Virus record (IMG/VR): IMGVR_UViG_3300037322_000275
Location: 1 to 64,000 of that record
Length of the DNA: 64,000 bases
Direction: 5' to 3' (one strand)
DNA from: a virus
Part shown: piece after piece, positions 49,382 to 58,821 of the stretch
How positions within the stretch are numbered: position 1 is the first letter of the stretch
How the letters are laid out: each line of letters opens with the position of its first letter
Translations under genes and position numbers: made by a program
Notes under the pieces: model-generated
What the model saw: the letters and a program-made list of their open reading frames with translations, nothing else
Database searches by the model: none
What the model was told of the DNA's origin: nothing

Positions 49382-50239
49382 TTACTTTTTATTAATTAAA
49401 TATTCTTTTACTAAAGATAAACACATATCTTTTGTTTTTTGAGGACAGTTAGGATATTCAGGGTGACCTTGAATACATAATGCTTTTGTATTAGGATAAT
49501 ATACAATTTCACATTCTAAAAAATCTGCAGATCTCTTTATTTCTTCATCATTTCCATTTAGATATGTTGAACTGTTAAAATACTTAGAATGAGCAATAAT
49601 TTTGTAGTTTAATTGTGACATTTCAAAGGGAAACATCATTTGATGATGTGTTGAAGTTATTTCATAACTCTTTCCTTTTTGGTCTTCTATTTCATGGTTT
49701 CTACCGTGACCTGTAACGTGTTGGATCAACTTACCACCAGAATAAACTGTTAAAAATTGAGAACCTCTACATATTCCTAGTTTTGGTACGTTATAGTAAT
49801 TATTCAATATTGATTCTTCAAGATTATCTCTTGTTTTGTTACAACTTGTATATTTACCTTTATTTTCACCATAAATTTCAGTAGAAACATCTTCACCACC
49901 TGTAAACAAAACTAAATCTACTTTTTCTGAATTTATCTCACCATGTTTTAGAACTGTAATGTCAAAACATTCAGACAACCATTTTATTTCTTCTTCTGCA
50001 GAATTGTTGTTTGCAACTAAAATGTTTAAAGCTATCTTTTTTTTATCTACAGGATTTTCATGTTCTTCATCAAAACCGTTTTCCACAATATATTGTGCTT
50101 TTTCTTTATGCCCAATACCAGGAATTTTTTCATAATCTTGTGCAGAAATACTATGATTAATGTAATTTGCAATTTGTTCTTTATCGTTTTGAAATGCTTC
50201 CTTTATAGAGCAAAGAAACATTTTTAAATTATCTTCCAT
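49382..50239 (-). CDS. Class I GATase / peptidase C26 (gamma-glutamyl hydrolase-like)
   Basis: TGGEDV, GICRGSQ, STHHQMM, QGHPE. Confidence 0.88.
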   Translation of the reverse strand: MEDNLKMFLCSIKEAFQNDKEQIANYINHSISAQDYEKIPGIGHKEKAQYIVENGFDEEHENPVDKKKIALNILVANNNSAEEEIKWLSECFDITVLKHGEINSEKVDLVLFTGGEDVSTEIYGENKGKYTSCNKTRDNLEESILNNYYNVPKLGICRGSQFLTVYSGGKLIQHVTGHGRNHEIEDQKGKSYEITSTHHQMMFPFEMSQLNYKIIAHSKYFNSSTYLNGNDEEIKRSADFLECEIVYYPNTKALCIQGHPEYPNCPQKTKDMCLSLVKEYLINKK

Positions 50240-50240
50240 T

Positions 50241-50603
50241 TTATCTTTTATTTTTTATTATACACATTACTCTTTTACTTCTGTTTGTACTTATATATGC
50301 TTGTTTCAACAAAAAATCATTCTTATCAAAACAGTTTTCAATAGTTTCCAGATATTTTTGACAAAATTCAATTACAAAATTTCTGTTTTTACCAATAACT
50401 TTAGTTATTTCTCTAAATTGTTCAAGTATTTTTTCTCTGTCTTCTAAACTAAACAAAGTTTCAATTCTACCTATTGTACAGTGTTGACAGTTGTAAAAAG
50501 GAGATTCACTAACTAACAAAGCACCATATTTATTTGAGTTCCATGTTCTTGGAAAGGTAGCATTTATTAAAATAAAGTCTTCTTGTTTAATAACATTATC
50601 CAT
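50241..50603 (-). CDS. Hypothetical protein in the ligase operon
   Basis: 120 aa; PFYNCQHC and YISTN motifs. Confidence 0.6.
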   Translation of the reverse strand: MDNVIKQEDFILINATFPRTWNSNKYGALLVSESPFYNCQHCTIGRIETLFSLEDREKILEQFREITKVIGKNRNFVIEFCQKYLETIENCFDKNDFLLKQAYISTNRSKRVMCIIKNKR

Positions 50604-51444
50604 TTATTTTACGTTTAATAATTTTAGGAATTTCTTCAATATATTTTTTAGCACATACAGACAATTCTCCACTACCATTATCCATAGATGAAGCACTATT
50701 ACATTCTAGTAATATAAAATCTTGATATTCTCTTTTATCACCATTTTTATCTATAGGTGATTGAACTTTTACATCAAAAGAAAGTAAATCAGCACCTATT
50801 GCTACTAAGGCATTTACACAATTTGCAACAATATCATCCCAACTATTTGGTTTGTAAAATTCAACAGAATCTTCTAAAAACCACACACAAATATCATCGT
50901 GTCTTCTCCACTTTTGGTCTTCAGGTACATCTTTTTTTAATGCTTTTCTACAAGTGTAAAAACAACCATCTTCTGTGATGTGTAATCTGAATTCGTGACC
51001 ATAGTTAAAAAACTTTTCAAAGATGTAATTATTTACATTTTTACCAGTTTTCCACTGTTGAAATTCTTCTATAGATTTAATTAATGTGTTACCTCTACCT
51101 TTAGAACCAAAGTGAGATTTTGCAACAATTGGAAATTCTGGAAGATTGTTTTCTTCAGCTGTTAAGTCACTTCCAGAAAGCCACATTGCTGTCTTAATAC
51201 CTGCTTCTGTAAACTTCTTTTTCATCAGTAATTTAGAAGCTGAATTCTTAATTGATTCAACCGTGTTAATTTCTACACGGTTACCTCCATTTGCTATTGT
51301 GTCTCCACATTCTGTTGACGAGCCAAGTCTTATTACAGAACGAACTGAAGACAATTCAATATTTTTTGATTTCAATCTAAGACAATCGTGTGAAGGATGT
51401 CTTGACAAGACTAATGGTCTAAATAAAGTGAGTTTCTTTTTCAA
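50596..51444 (-). CDS. ATP-grasp peptide ligase (RimK/YheC-like)
   Basis: KLLMK, FPIVAK..GSKGRG, EFRLH, FDV, LLECNSA. Confidence 0.87.
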   Translation of the reverse strand: MKKKLTLFRPLVLSRHPSHDCLRLKSKNIELSSVRSVIRLGSSTECGDTIANGGNRVEINTVESIKNSASKLLMKKKFTEAGIKTAMWLSGSDLTAEENNLPEFPIVAKSHFGSKGRGNTLIKSIEEFQQWKTGKNVNNYIFEKFFNYGHEFRLHITEDGCFYTCRKALKKDVPEDQKWRRHDDICVWFLEDSVEFYKPNSWDDIVANCVNALVAIGADLLSFDVKVQSPIDKNGDKREYQDFILLECNSASSMDNGSGELSVCAKKYIEEIPKIIKRKING

Positions 51445-51445
51445 T

Positions 51446-52135
51446 TTAGTTGTTTTTTAAAGTTAAAAGATAGTGGATACAGGTTACTGAAAATTTGTCA
51501 TAAATTTCCTCAACGTGCCACTGTGTTGTGATTGCAGGGTAATTTGGTAAATAGGATAAAGCTTCAATTTCTTGAGTATATTCTTTTACTTTAACATCTT
51601 TTGGTGCATAATAACCAAGTACAACAGCATTTTCAGGAACTGAAGCAACTGTTTGATGGTGAATACTGTTTACACTAAAAGTTTGATTTGATAATTCAGG
51701 TATTTCAAACACATTGTTTGTGCAATGTATTTTGTGAACAAGATCTTTCCTAGAAGAAGTATTTTGTTCGTGATGCATATCTTGTTTTATTTTAGCACCA
51801 AAATATACAGCTAATGATTGATGACCTCGACAAGTTCCCCAAATTGGGGTTCTTTGTGCAATGTACTTTGGTAAAAGAACTTGATCAAATCTTTCTCTGT
51901 ACATACATGGTGCACCAGTACTAAAGTTAATGTCTTCACCTGGTTCCAAGTATCTCCACGGTGCAACATCTGGACCACCTGGCAATACCAACAAATCTAA
52001 ATCTCTGACTTCTTTATCAAATGGAGTTATCAATATAACTTCACCAAAGTAACTAAAGAAATTTACATAAGGTAATGTAATTCCAAAACTATTTCCACCT
52101 GTTAATACGTGTCCTACGATTCCTATTTTTTTCAT
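51446..52135 (-). CDS. Peptidase C26 / gamma-glutamyl-GABA hydrolase-like GATase
   Basis: PGGPDV, GTCRGHQ, VNSIHHQ, QWHVE. Confidence 0.88.
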   Translation of the reverse strand: MKKIGIVGHVLTGGNSFGITLPYVNFFSYFGEVILITPFDKEVRDLDLLVLPGGPDVAPWRYLEPGEDINFSTGAPCMYRERFDQVLLPKYIAQRTPIWGTCRGHQSLAVYFGAKIKQDMHHEQNTSSRKDLVHKIHCTNNVFEIPELSNQTFSVNSIHHQTVASVPENAVVLGYYAPKDVKVKEYTQEIEALSYLPNYPAITTQWHVEEIYDKFSVTCIHYLLTLKNN

Positions 52136-52151
52136 CTTTTTTGTATTTTTA

Positions 52152-52322
52152 TTATTTTTTATTTATAATTTTATCTTGCTCTGTTAAAGAAATACCACTA
52201 AGTTTATTAGACAGTAACCCACACGTTACACACCAAGTTACACCAAATTCATTATCTCTTAATTTGTGTTTACCTTTATCACATTGAGATCTTCGTAACC
52301 AGTATATTTCTCTTGTTAGCAT
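52152..52322 (-). CDS. 56-aa zinc-finger protein (not in ORF track)
   Basis: MLTREIYWLRRSQCDKGKH...WCVTCG: C-x4-H...CxxC. Confidence 0.65.
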   Translation of the reverse strand: MLTREIYWLRRSQCDKGKHKLRDNEFGVTWCVTCGLLSNKLSGISLTEQDKIINKK

Positions 52323-52384
52323 ATTTTTATTATTTTTAATTGTATTGTACAGCTTTACCTTATTTCTGTAGAATGTTGTCTTTA

Positions 52385-52873
52385 TTAGTCAAATAAAGTA
52401 CATTTTTTATTTTCCCACCAGAACAACAACATTCCTTCGTTTTTTTTGTTAAATTTTTCTACGTAATACTCAGGAGTAAATATGGCATCATCTTGAACGT
52501 ATAAAGAAGCAAATGTAAAGTTTGTAACACTAAAATCTACAAGAGTATCGTATAACGTCTTAAAATTTCTGCCTCTAAGTACACCACTATCAATAAAAAT
52601 GTAATGTGTATCTTTTTGTAAATCAAAGACAAAATCTTTACAATAACTTGGATATTCTTTTTCAAAAGGAGTATTGGGAAAGGGTATATCAAAATTAATC
52701 ATTGTTAAAGGATTATCAAAATATGCATGAATTACTTGTTGCGAAATAATAGACGAATAATCTGGACTACAATTTACAACTATTGTATTTCTAGTTACTA
52801 TAGGTTTTAGCCACTCTATTAATTCTTTAATATCTCTTTTTTCTTTTTTTTGATTTATTTTAAAGTATTTCAT
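52385..52873 (-). CDS. Phosphoribosyltransferase-like protein
   Basis: YIFIDSGVLRGRN PRPP-loop variant; FASLY, PEYY, FWWE tail. Confidence 0.65.
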   Translation of the reverse strand: MKYFKINQKKEKRDIKELIEWLKPIVTRNTIVVNCSPDYSSIISQQVIHAYFDNPLTMINFDIPFPNTPFEKEYPSYCKDFVFDLQKDTHYIFIDSGVLRGRNFKTLYDTLVDFSVTNFTFASLYVQDDAIFTPEYYVEKFNKKNEGMLLFWWENKKCTLFD

Positions 52874-52885
52874 AGTTTTAGTTAT

Positions 52886-53290
52886 TTAATTATTACTAAG
52901 ACTTCGGTATCGTGTTTTCAAATCTCTAAATTCTTTCCAATCTCCAGATTCTACTAATTGAGACGCGGGTATTTCATCTACATATACATAAGTAGATGCT
53001 TCACCATAAGGTGTGTTAATTTTAATTTTGTCATAAAATGTGGCAGGTCTATCTTGAGAATAACCTTCTAGACCATCTATTCGTGAAGCTTCTAAAGCAT
53101 CTACTTCATAGACTTCCATAACTACAGGTGTTGTACCTTCCTGTTTTAATCCTGGATAGCCTCCTAAAGAATATAAGGAATACTCAGGTTCTGTTGTGAA
53201 GGTTCCTAAGAATTTAGCATGTGTTAAATAATGATCATTTCCCATGTCTTTTCTAAGTGAGCCATAAACACTAACTAATCTTTTTGTCAT
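52886..53290 (-). CDS. Gamma-glutamylcyclotransferase (AIG2-like)
   Basis: VYGSLRK, YPGL, EVYEV, IDGLEGY, SGDW. Confidence 0.9.
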   Translation of the reverse strand: MTKRLVSVYGSLRKDMGNDHYLTHAKFLGTFTTEPEYSLYSLGGYPGLKQEGTTPVVMEVYEVDALEASRIDGLEGYSQDRPATFYDKIKINTPYGEASTYVYVDEIPASQLVESGDWKEFRDLKTRYRSLSNN

Positions 53291-53301
53291 TTTTTTTATA
53301 T

Positions 53302-53904
53302 TTAAGTTGTTATATTCTTTTTTGAAAGTATATCTGTGTAATGTTCACCAAGAGTTGTTTTTTTTTCAGTAATTGTCTGTAAAAAATCAACCCAATCGCC
53401 ATCTCTAACTAAAACGTCAGACTTAGTAATTGTACCTTCCCAAAAATAAATAAAAATTTCACCAAAAGGTGATCCTACACAGTGTCTTGTAAAGTAGTTG
53501 GTTTCAGGAAATATGTTACCTTCATCAAATCCATTAAATAAATCTAAAGTTTCTAGAACACTTTGTGTAACTGAAAATACTTCAACTAAAATAGAATGAT
53601 CACCTTTAACTAAAGCTGAAATCATATCTATATCAATTTTATACAACGAATATTCAGGTTCTGTGTAATAAGAACCTACAAAAAGAGTATCCATTCCTTT
53701 TCTTGAAATGTCTCGGTGTTCAACAGTTGATTTTCTATAGTCACCATAGAAACCTACTAAAAATCTTTTTTCCATGTTATTATTTGTTGGTTGTTTTAAT
53801 TGTCTTTTTTCTTCTCTTTTTTTAAGTCTATTTTGTGTTTTGGCTTTCGCCATTTCACTGTACTTTTCTTTGTTTTTAGTTTTTGCTCTTTTACTTCTTC
53901 CCAT
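53302..53904 (-). CDS. GGCT/AIG2-like paralog, probably inactive, with basic N-terminal extension
   Basis: FYGDYRK, TEPEYSLY, VEVF, LDLFNG (catalytic E replaced by N), DGDW; start moved to MGRSKR. Confidence 0.75.
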   Translation of the reverse strand: MGRSKRAKTKNKEKYSEMAKAKTQNRLKKREEKRQLKQPTNNNMEKRFLVGFYGDYRKSTVEHRDISRKGMDTLFVGSYYTEPEYSLYKIDIDMISALVKGDHSILVEVFSVTQSVLETLDLFNGFDEGNIFPETNYFTRHCVGSPFGEIFIYFWEGTITKSDVLVRDGDWVDFLQTITEKKTTLGEHYTDILSKKNITT

Positions 53905-53905
53905 T

Positions 53906-54940
53906 TTAAAAAGGTAATAATGTTTCGTATAATAATATTTGTTTTGCTGCATCTTTACCAAAGTTTTTTACTAGATCTGAAGGATCTTTTGACTGATATG
54001 TTGTTGGAATAAAACAATCAACAAGTCCAAAATCTTTAGAAATTTTATCTGCAAACTTTCTTCCCCAGTTAATTTCGGCATCAAAATCATTGTCATATAG
54101 TAATGAAATATCTTTAAAACGATCTTTCAACTGATCAAAAACATGTCTTTTTGGTAAAATGTTTTCACATTGTAATGCTACAGAAGGTAATCCTAATAAA
54201 CTATCGATAACCATAACATCTTTTAATGACTTAGTAATTACTAAATCTGCTCCTTGTTGTGGAAGTTGTTCCCAACCTTGCCATACAGAACTGTCATGAT
54301 TAGTTATCCATTTAAATTTTTCATTAAAAGGTTGATATATTTTGTATGTTTCAACTTTGTCTTTAATTTCTATAAAAACGTAGGCATGCTTATCTGCAAG
54401 ATATGGTGTGTCATTTATAAAAAAGTAATCTATTGCTTCTACTCTATATTTTTCAAGAGTTTTTTTACTTATTTCAAAACTTTCCCAAAATAAAACATCA
54501 TGTACTTGCCACTTGCGATTTCTTTTTTGAATCTTGTAACTTACTGACTTTGCAATTAAATCTGTTCTATTTAGTTTAGAAAAATTGTTGTTTAAAAGTT
54601 TTGTTTTTTCCATTTTTTTTAGAACAAAAAATTCTTCTAACTCAAAATCTACACCAATTTTACTCAATGCTTCCCAATAAGTTAAACTGAATTTCATTTG
54701 TACAAACTTTACAAAGTCTCCACCACCTAATTTAAAGTCGTTAAAACACACTTCATTTCCTTCTCCAATAAAGAAACCAAAAGAAGGAGTTCCTTCATTT
54801 CTAAAAGGAGAAATATTTGGTTTACCACCAATACTAATATCAAAATCAACATATTTTCTGTATATATCAATATCTTGATAATGTTGTAATATTCCTTTTT
54901 TGGAAATCATTTCCTTTTCTACATTTAAATCTATTTTCAT
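53906..54940 (-). CDS. crAss-type DNA primase (TOPRIM)
   Basis: SPFR.E..PSF, KIYQP, VITKSLKDVM, YDND, KDPSD. Confidence 0.85.
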   Translation of the reverse strand: MKIDLNVEKEMISKKGILQHYQDIDIYRKYVDFDISIGGKPNISPFRNEGTPSFGFFIGEGNEVCFNDFKLGGGDFVKFVQMKFSLTYWEALSKIGVDFELEEFFVLKKMEKTKLLNNNFSKLNRTDLIAKSVSYKIQKRNRKWQVHDVLFWESFEISKKTLEKYRVEAIDYFFINDTPYLADKHAYVFIEIKDKVETYKIYQPFNEKFKWITNHDSSVWQGWEQLPQQGADLVITKSLKDVMVIDSLLGLPSVALQCENILPKRHVFDQLKDRFKDISLLYDNDFDAEINWGRKFADKISKDFGLVDCFIPTTYQSKDPSDLVKNFGKDAAKQILLYETLLPF

Positions 54941-54980
54941 ATTAAACTTTTCATAATTTATTTAACTTTAGTTAATATTG

Positions 54981-55073
54981 ATGTCGAGACAGGATTCGAA
55001 CCTGTACGAGAATAAACCATTCCTTTTATTTCTCTATCTGTTAATTAGCGTCTACCAATTCCGCCACTCGACA
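54981..55073 (-). tRNA. tRNA-like RNA (Leu-type D arm, long variable arm, no canonical anticodon arm)
   Basis: 7-bp acceptor TGTCGAG/CTCGACA; D arm GCGGAATTGGTAGACGC; T arm ACAGG-TTCGAAT-CCTGT. Confidence 0.8.
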
Positions 55074-55111
55074 ACCATTATAGATTATTTACTAATCTAC
55101 AATATTATAGA

Positions 55112-55681
55112 TTATCCCCAAGGATCATCACTTTTTTTAGCACTATTTCCATCAGAGTCAGGAAGTGGTGCATCTGCAACAGGTCTTTCCATAATATCTG
55201 TGGCAGAACTTTTTAATCTACTGAATTCTACATTTGTAGGTTCAATAAAATTAAAAGTTCTTAATCCTAGATATTTAGCCAGTTTTTGTTGACCTACATA
55301 ACCGTAGGTTACAAACACATTAACTTTTACACCTTCACAGTTGTCTTTAATAATTTTAAATAAACTATTTACAGCTTCACTGTAACTGTTAACTATAGGA
55401 TACACAAAATCTGCAGGTAAAACTGCTTTTGCAATTGACTTAATTCTTTGAATTGTTTGTGTCTGACGTTTTTCATCATCTGACTCATCAAAGTAAAAGC
55501 CCTGATTGATAGGTGTACCACCTGAATTATCTGTTACAATTAACTTGTAAGGTGGGTTTTTGTCTGGCTCGTCAGCTTTACGTTTTTCTATGCTAACTAA
55601 AACATTTTCTACTTTTCCAGCAGATCCATTGTTGAATACTGAGATTGCAGTATTATCGTAATCATTTAAATTAAAGCTCAT
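55112..55681 (-). CDS. Putative single-stranded DNA-binding protein
   Basis: Lies between the AAA and primase genes; acidic C-terminal tail ending SDDPWG. Confidence 0.6.
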   Translation of the reverse strand: MSFNLNDYDNTAISVFNNGSAGKVENVLVSIEKRKADEPDKNPPYKLIVTDNSGGTPINQGFYFDESDDEKRQTQTIQRIKSIAKAVLPADFVYPIVNSYSEAVNSLFKIIKDNCEGVKVNVFVTYGYVGQQKLAKYLGLRTFNFIEPTNVEFSRLKSSATDIMERPVADAPLPDSDGNSAKKSDDPWG

Positions 55682-55752
55682 ATATTATATTTTTATTTAT
55701 TTGGCGTGTATGTATTACTTTTTATAGAAGTATAACTATTGTTTATTTATTT

Positions 55753-56514
55753 TTAAATAAAAATTTGTGACCAGTCAATTGTTAGTTTACCAGAATCATC
55801 TGATTCAATTAATGTGATCTTTTTATTTTTTAAATGCTCACTACGTGAACCACAAATTAAAGAGTCTGAAGGTGTAAAGTTAACGATTGTTTTGTTTTCA
55901 TCTCGATATAAATATCCAATCGCATCTACTTGAGAACATAAGATTGACGCGGATTTACCTATTAAATCGAGACCTCTTTCAGTCATTTCTTTTCCTTCTT
56001 TTTCTACAAATTTATCTTTTAAATGTCCTAAAATAATTAGTGTTTCAAAACAATTTTCTAATTCTTCTAAAACCATCCATAAAGCTTTTCTAGTGTATTG
56101 ATAACCTGCTCCATTTGGGAGTTGAGTAACATCATCACCAATCCAATTACGACCTTGAGCTGTTTGAGTGTACAACTTATTTGCGACTACTAAAACCATA
56201 TCTTCAAGTGCTGTAACAGTATCGATTGCACCGTATTTGTAGACATAACTACCTTTTTCTTTGTTTGCTTCTTGTATTTTATTAATTACTTCTTTTAGAA
56301 TGGAAATAGGTGCTTTATCGCTTTCTTTAGCTAATTTTAGAACGTCAATTTTCATTGCTTCTACAAAATTTGCACCTCCTTCTAAGTCTATCAATAAGCA
56401 ATTTTCTAAAGAACTTAAAGCTTGCGTTTTTCCAACTTTAGGTTTACTAAATAAAATCAATTTTTTTGGATTAATTCTATCTATCTTTCCTTTTTTACTT
56501 GGTAATTCAATCAT
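55753..56514 (-). CDS. AAA_24 / Sak4-like ATPase
   Basis: SKPKVGKT, IDLEGG, IDTVT, GAGY, LGH. Confidence 0.85.
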   Translation of the reverse strand: MIELPSKKGKIDRINPKKLILFSKPKVGKTQALSSLENCLLIDLEGGANFVEAMKIDVLKLAKESDKAPISILKEVINKIQEANKEKGSYVYKYGAIDTVTALEDMVLVVANKLYTQTAQGRNWIGDDVTQLPNGAGYQYTRKALWMVLEELENCFETLIILGHLKDKFVEKEGKEMTERGLDLIGKSASILCSQVDAIGYLYRDENKTIVNFTPSDSLICGSRSEHLKNKKITLIESDDSGKLTIDWSQIFI

Positions 56515-56585
56515 TTTTTATCTTCCGACCTACCATATACCTCTAATTAATTGTTAATAACTAATTTGTATATTTTTGTAAATTT

Positions 56586-57059
56586 TTAAATATTTTTCAT
56601 TTGTAAATCTAATTTAGGAAACAGATCTGCAATATTATAATCTGCAAAACAACTAGACCTTCCATACCGACATAGTGATCTCAAATTTGATTTTCTTATG
56701 TTTCCACAATAACCAATACTAAGATATACTCCATCTTTGTTTTTTTCCTTTTCCACATTTAATAAATGTGTAATTGATTCTTGTATTGTAATTTCTGGAA
56801 AATAGTTTTTTGATAGCTTAAAGAAATCATCAAAACTACGGTACTTATAATCGTTTTGTGTTTCACAATGTACCTGATTGTCTCTGTAAAAAGTACTTTT
56901 TTGTTCTCTTGGTAATATTCCTCTTAATCCAAGTCCAAAAAGATTTCTAAAAATATCATCTAATGAATCAATAATAACATCTTCTCTAAATTTTATTTTT
57001 CTTACTTTTGAAAAATATATTTCAACATCTTCAATTGTTTTTACATTTCGTTTTATCAT
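56586..57059 (-). CDS. Hypothetical protein (C..RS..YC paralog family)
   Basis: TFY...HC...YRSFDD...YF...YCGNI. Confidence 0.65.
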   Translation of the reverse strand: MIKRNVKTIEDVEIYFSKVRKIKFREDVIIDSLDDIFRNLFGLGLRGILPREQKSTFYRDNQVHCETQNDYKYRSFDDFFKLSKNYFPEITIQESITHLLNVEKEKNKDGVYLSIGYCGNIRKSNLRSLCRYGRSSCFADYNIADLFPKLDLQMKNI

Positions 57060-57616
57060 TATTTTTTATTAAAGAAATTATGAATTGGTGAGTATTTTTC
57101 TTCACTAAATTTAAAATTTTCTAGTTCTTCTGTTGTTCGTAACTTTAAATCACTTTTTTCATTATTTCTGAGGTCATGATTTGTATTGTTTACAGTAAAA
57201 AAAACTTCGTTATAACTTTCCATAAGACTTAACAAAAAATCTTCACTATCTTTTTTATCTGTAAAACTTTTAAGAAATTTAACAGTTAATCTGTGATTTG
57301 AGTGACCTTGTTCAAAAAGAAACCTAAATAAAGTAGTAAAGATTTTCAACATATAAAAATCTTTAAAATTGCTAACTTTAATGTGATCTTCTGTACACCA
57401 TTCAATAATACATTTGAAAATCTTTTCTAACATTAAGATGTATTCTTTTGTATACGCTAATGTTTCTTTTCTTAAGAAATACTTTAATTCTAAAGCACAA
57501 TCTTTATCAAAGTCTGTTTTTTGAATTCTAGAGTAACACATTGCAGACGATTCTAGACAATTTATAGAACCATATTTAAAATAAACATAGTTTTCAGAAA
57601 AACTATGATCTTTCAT
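57059..57616 (-). CDS. Hypothetical protein
   Basis: 185-aa coupled ORF. Confidence 0.6.
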   Translation of the reverse strand: MKDHSFSENYVYFKYGSINCLESSAMCYSRIQKTDFDKDCALELKYFLRKETLAYTKEYILMLEKIFKCIIEWCTEDHIKVSNFKDFYMLKIFTTLFRFLFEQGHSNHRLTVKFLKSFTDKKDSEDFLLSLMESYNEVFFTVNNTNHDLRNNEKSDLKLRTTEELENFKFSEEKYSPIHNFFNKK

Positions 57617-57634
57617 TTGTTTTTTTTCTCATTT

Positions 57635-58741
57635 TTATTTGTTTTTTATAAATTTGTATACTTTTTCCATTTTTTCAGTGTTTTTTGAGTCAGGTAATTC
57701 TGAAAAAAAGTTAACTGCGCCATCAAAATATAATGGACAAACATTACCTGCACCACCGTCACGACTACCCATGATTTCTAAAAATCTAATATTGTCTTTT
57801 AATTGTTTAATATCGTATCCAAAGTATTCAGGAATTTCATGACGATAAGGACTAAATAAACCAAGCATGACATTTGCATCTCTACCTGTAAGTTTATTAT
57901 CACCTAGACCATCCATTGTGGGTTTAAGACGATTTGCCTTTTTGTTTTCAATACCTTCCTGTGCAGAACTCTGCTGTTGTATAACTACAGGTATATAATT
58001 AAATCTGTTTCTAAGCTTAATTAAATAGTCTGAAGATAATACTGAAATACTTTGATGAAGATTCATTTGTTCACCATTTCTTTTTTCTGTTGAAATAAGT
58101 GAAATGTGGTCAATAACAATCATTACATATTCATCAGGATCGTTTGCTTCATAATAGTCCTCAATAGTTGTTGTTTTACCTTTAATTTCAATGTCACGGT
58201 AATGTAATTTACCATTAGCTAGAGCATATTCTCTAACTAGGTTGTACATACCAAAACCATTTCTAATATCATCTACAAACTCTACAACTTCTTCAATTTT
58301 GTCAAAGTATTCTTTATATTTTGAAAGAATTTGTAAAACTTCTTCTGAAAGAACCTTTTTTGAATTTGTAGATTTTAAATCTGTTGGTGAAATTCTAATT
58401 CCTTCTTTAACATACAGAATATTTGCAAAACAAGATAACATTTTTTCTTCCTTAGACATTTCAAGACTAAAGTAAAAAACTTTTAATCTTATGTTAAGAC
58501 CATTATCTAGTATTTGTTGTACTGTATTATAAAGAAATAACCAGTCTGTGATTTGTGTTTTACCAACCTTCTGGTTTGCTGAAATTAGGTAATACTTACC
58601 TTGTTCTATTCCTGGTGAACTGTTTTCAAATCGAGGCAATCCCCATGGAATACAGTTCACTTTACCATCTAATATTCTTTCTCTCTTTTGTTTTATATTA
58701 CTATAAACTCTTGAAAATAAACTATCATTTTCTTTTTTCAT
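57635..58741 (-). CDS. DnaB-like replicative helicase
   Basis: ANQKVGKT, FSLEMS, IDHISL, VIQQQ, RDG. Confidence 0.88.
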   Translation of the reverse strand: MKKENDSLFSRVYSNIKQKRERILDGKVNCIPWGLPRFENSSPGIEQGKYYLISANQKVGKTQITDWLFLYNTVQQILDNGLNIRLKVFYFSLEMSKEEKMLSCFANILYVKEGIRISPTDLKSTNSKKVLSEEVLQILSKYKEYFDKIEEVVEFVDDIRNGFGMYNLVREYALANGKLHYRDIEIKGKTTTIEDYYEANDPDEYVMIVIDHISLISTEKRNGEQMNLHQSISVLSSDYLIKLRNRFNYIPVVIQQQSSAQEGIENKKANRLKPTMDGLGDNKLTGRDANVMLGLFSPYRHEIPEYFGYDIKQLKDNIRFLEIMGSRDGGAGNVCPLYFDGAVNFFSELPDSKNTEKMEKVYKFIKNK

Positions 58742-58821
58742 TAATTTTATTAGTGTTTACTAATAATCTCTTTGATTTTTGTTTATTTGTATAGTTTTTA
58801 ATAATTATTAAGATTACTAAA

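Noticed and set aside
52385-52873. NAD-reconstitution (NARP) anti-defence pathway
   Set aside because: Only a short single-domain PRTase; no two-domain PRPP-synthetase-like or NAMPT-like partner in the window
54981-55073. Ordinary tRNA-Leu
   Set aside because: The D arm is Leu-like, but no 5-bp/7-nt anticodon arm can be formed and the discriminator is U, not A
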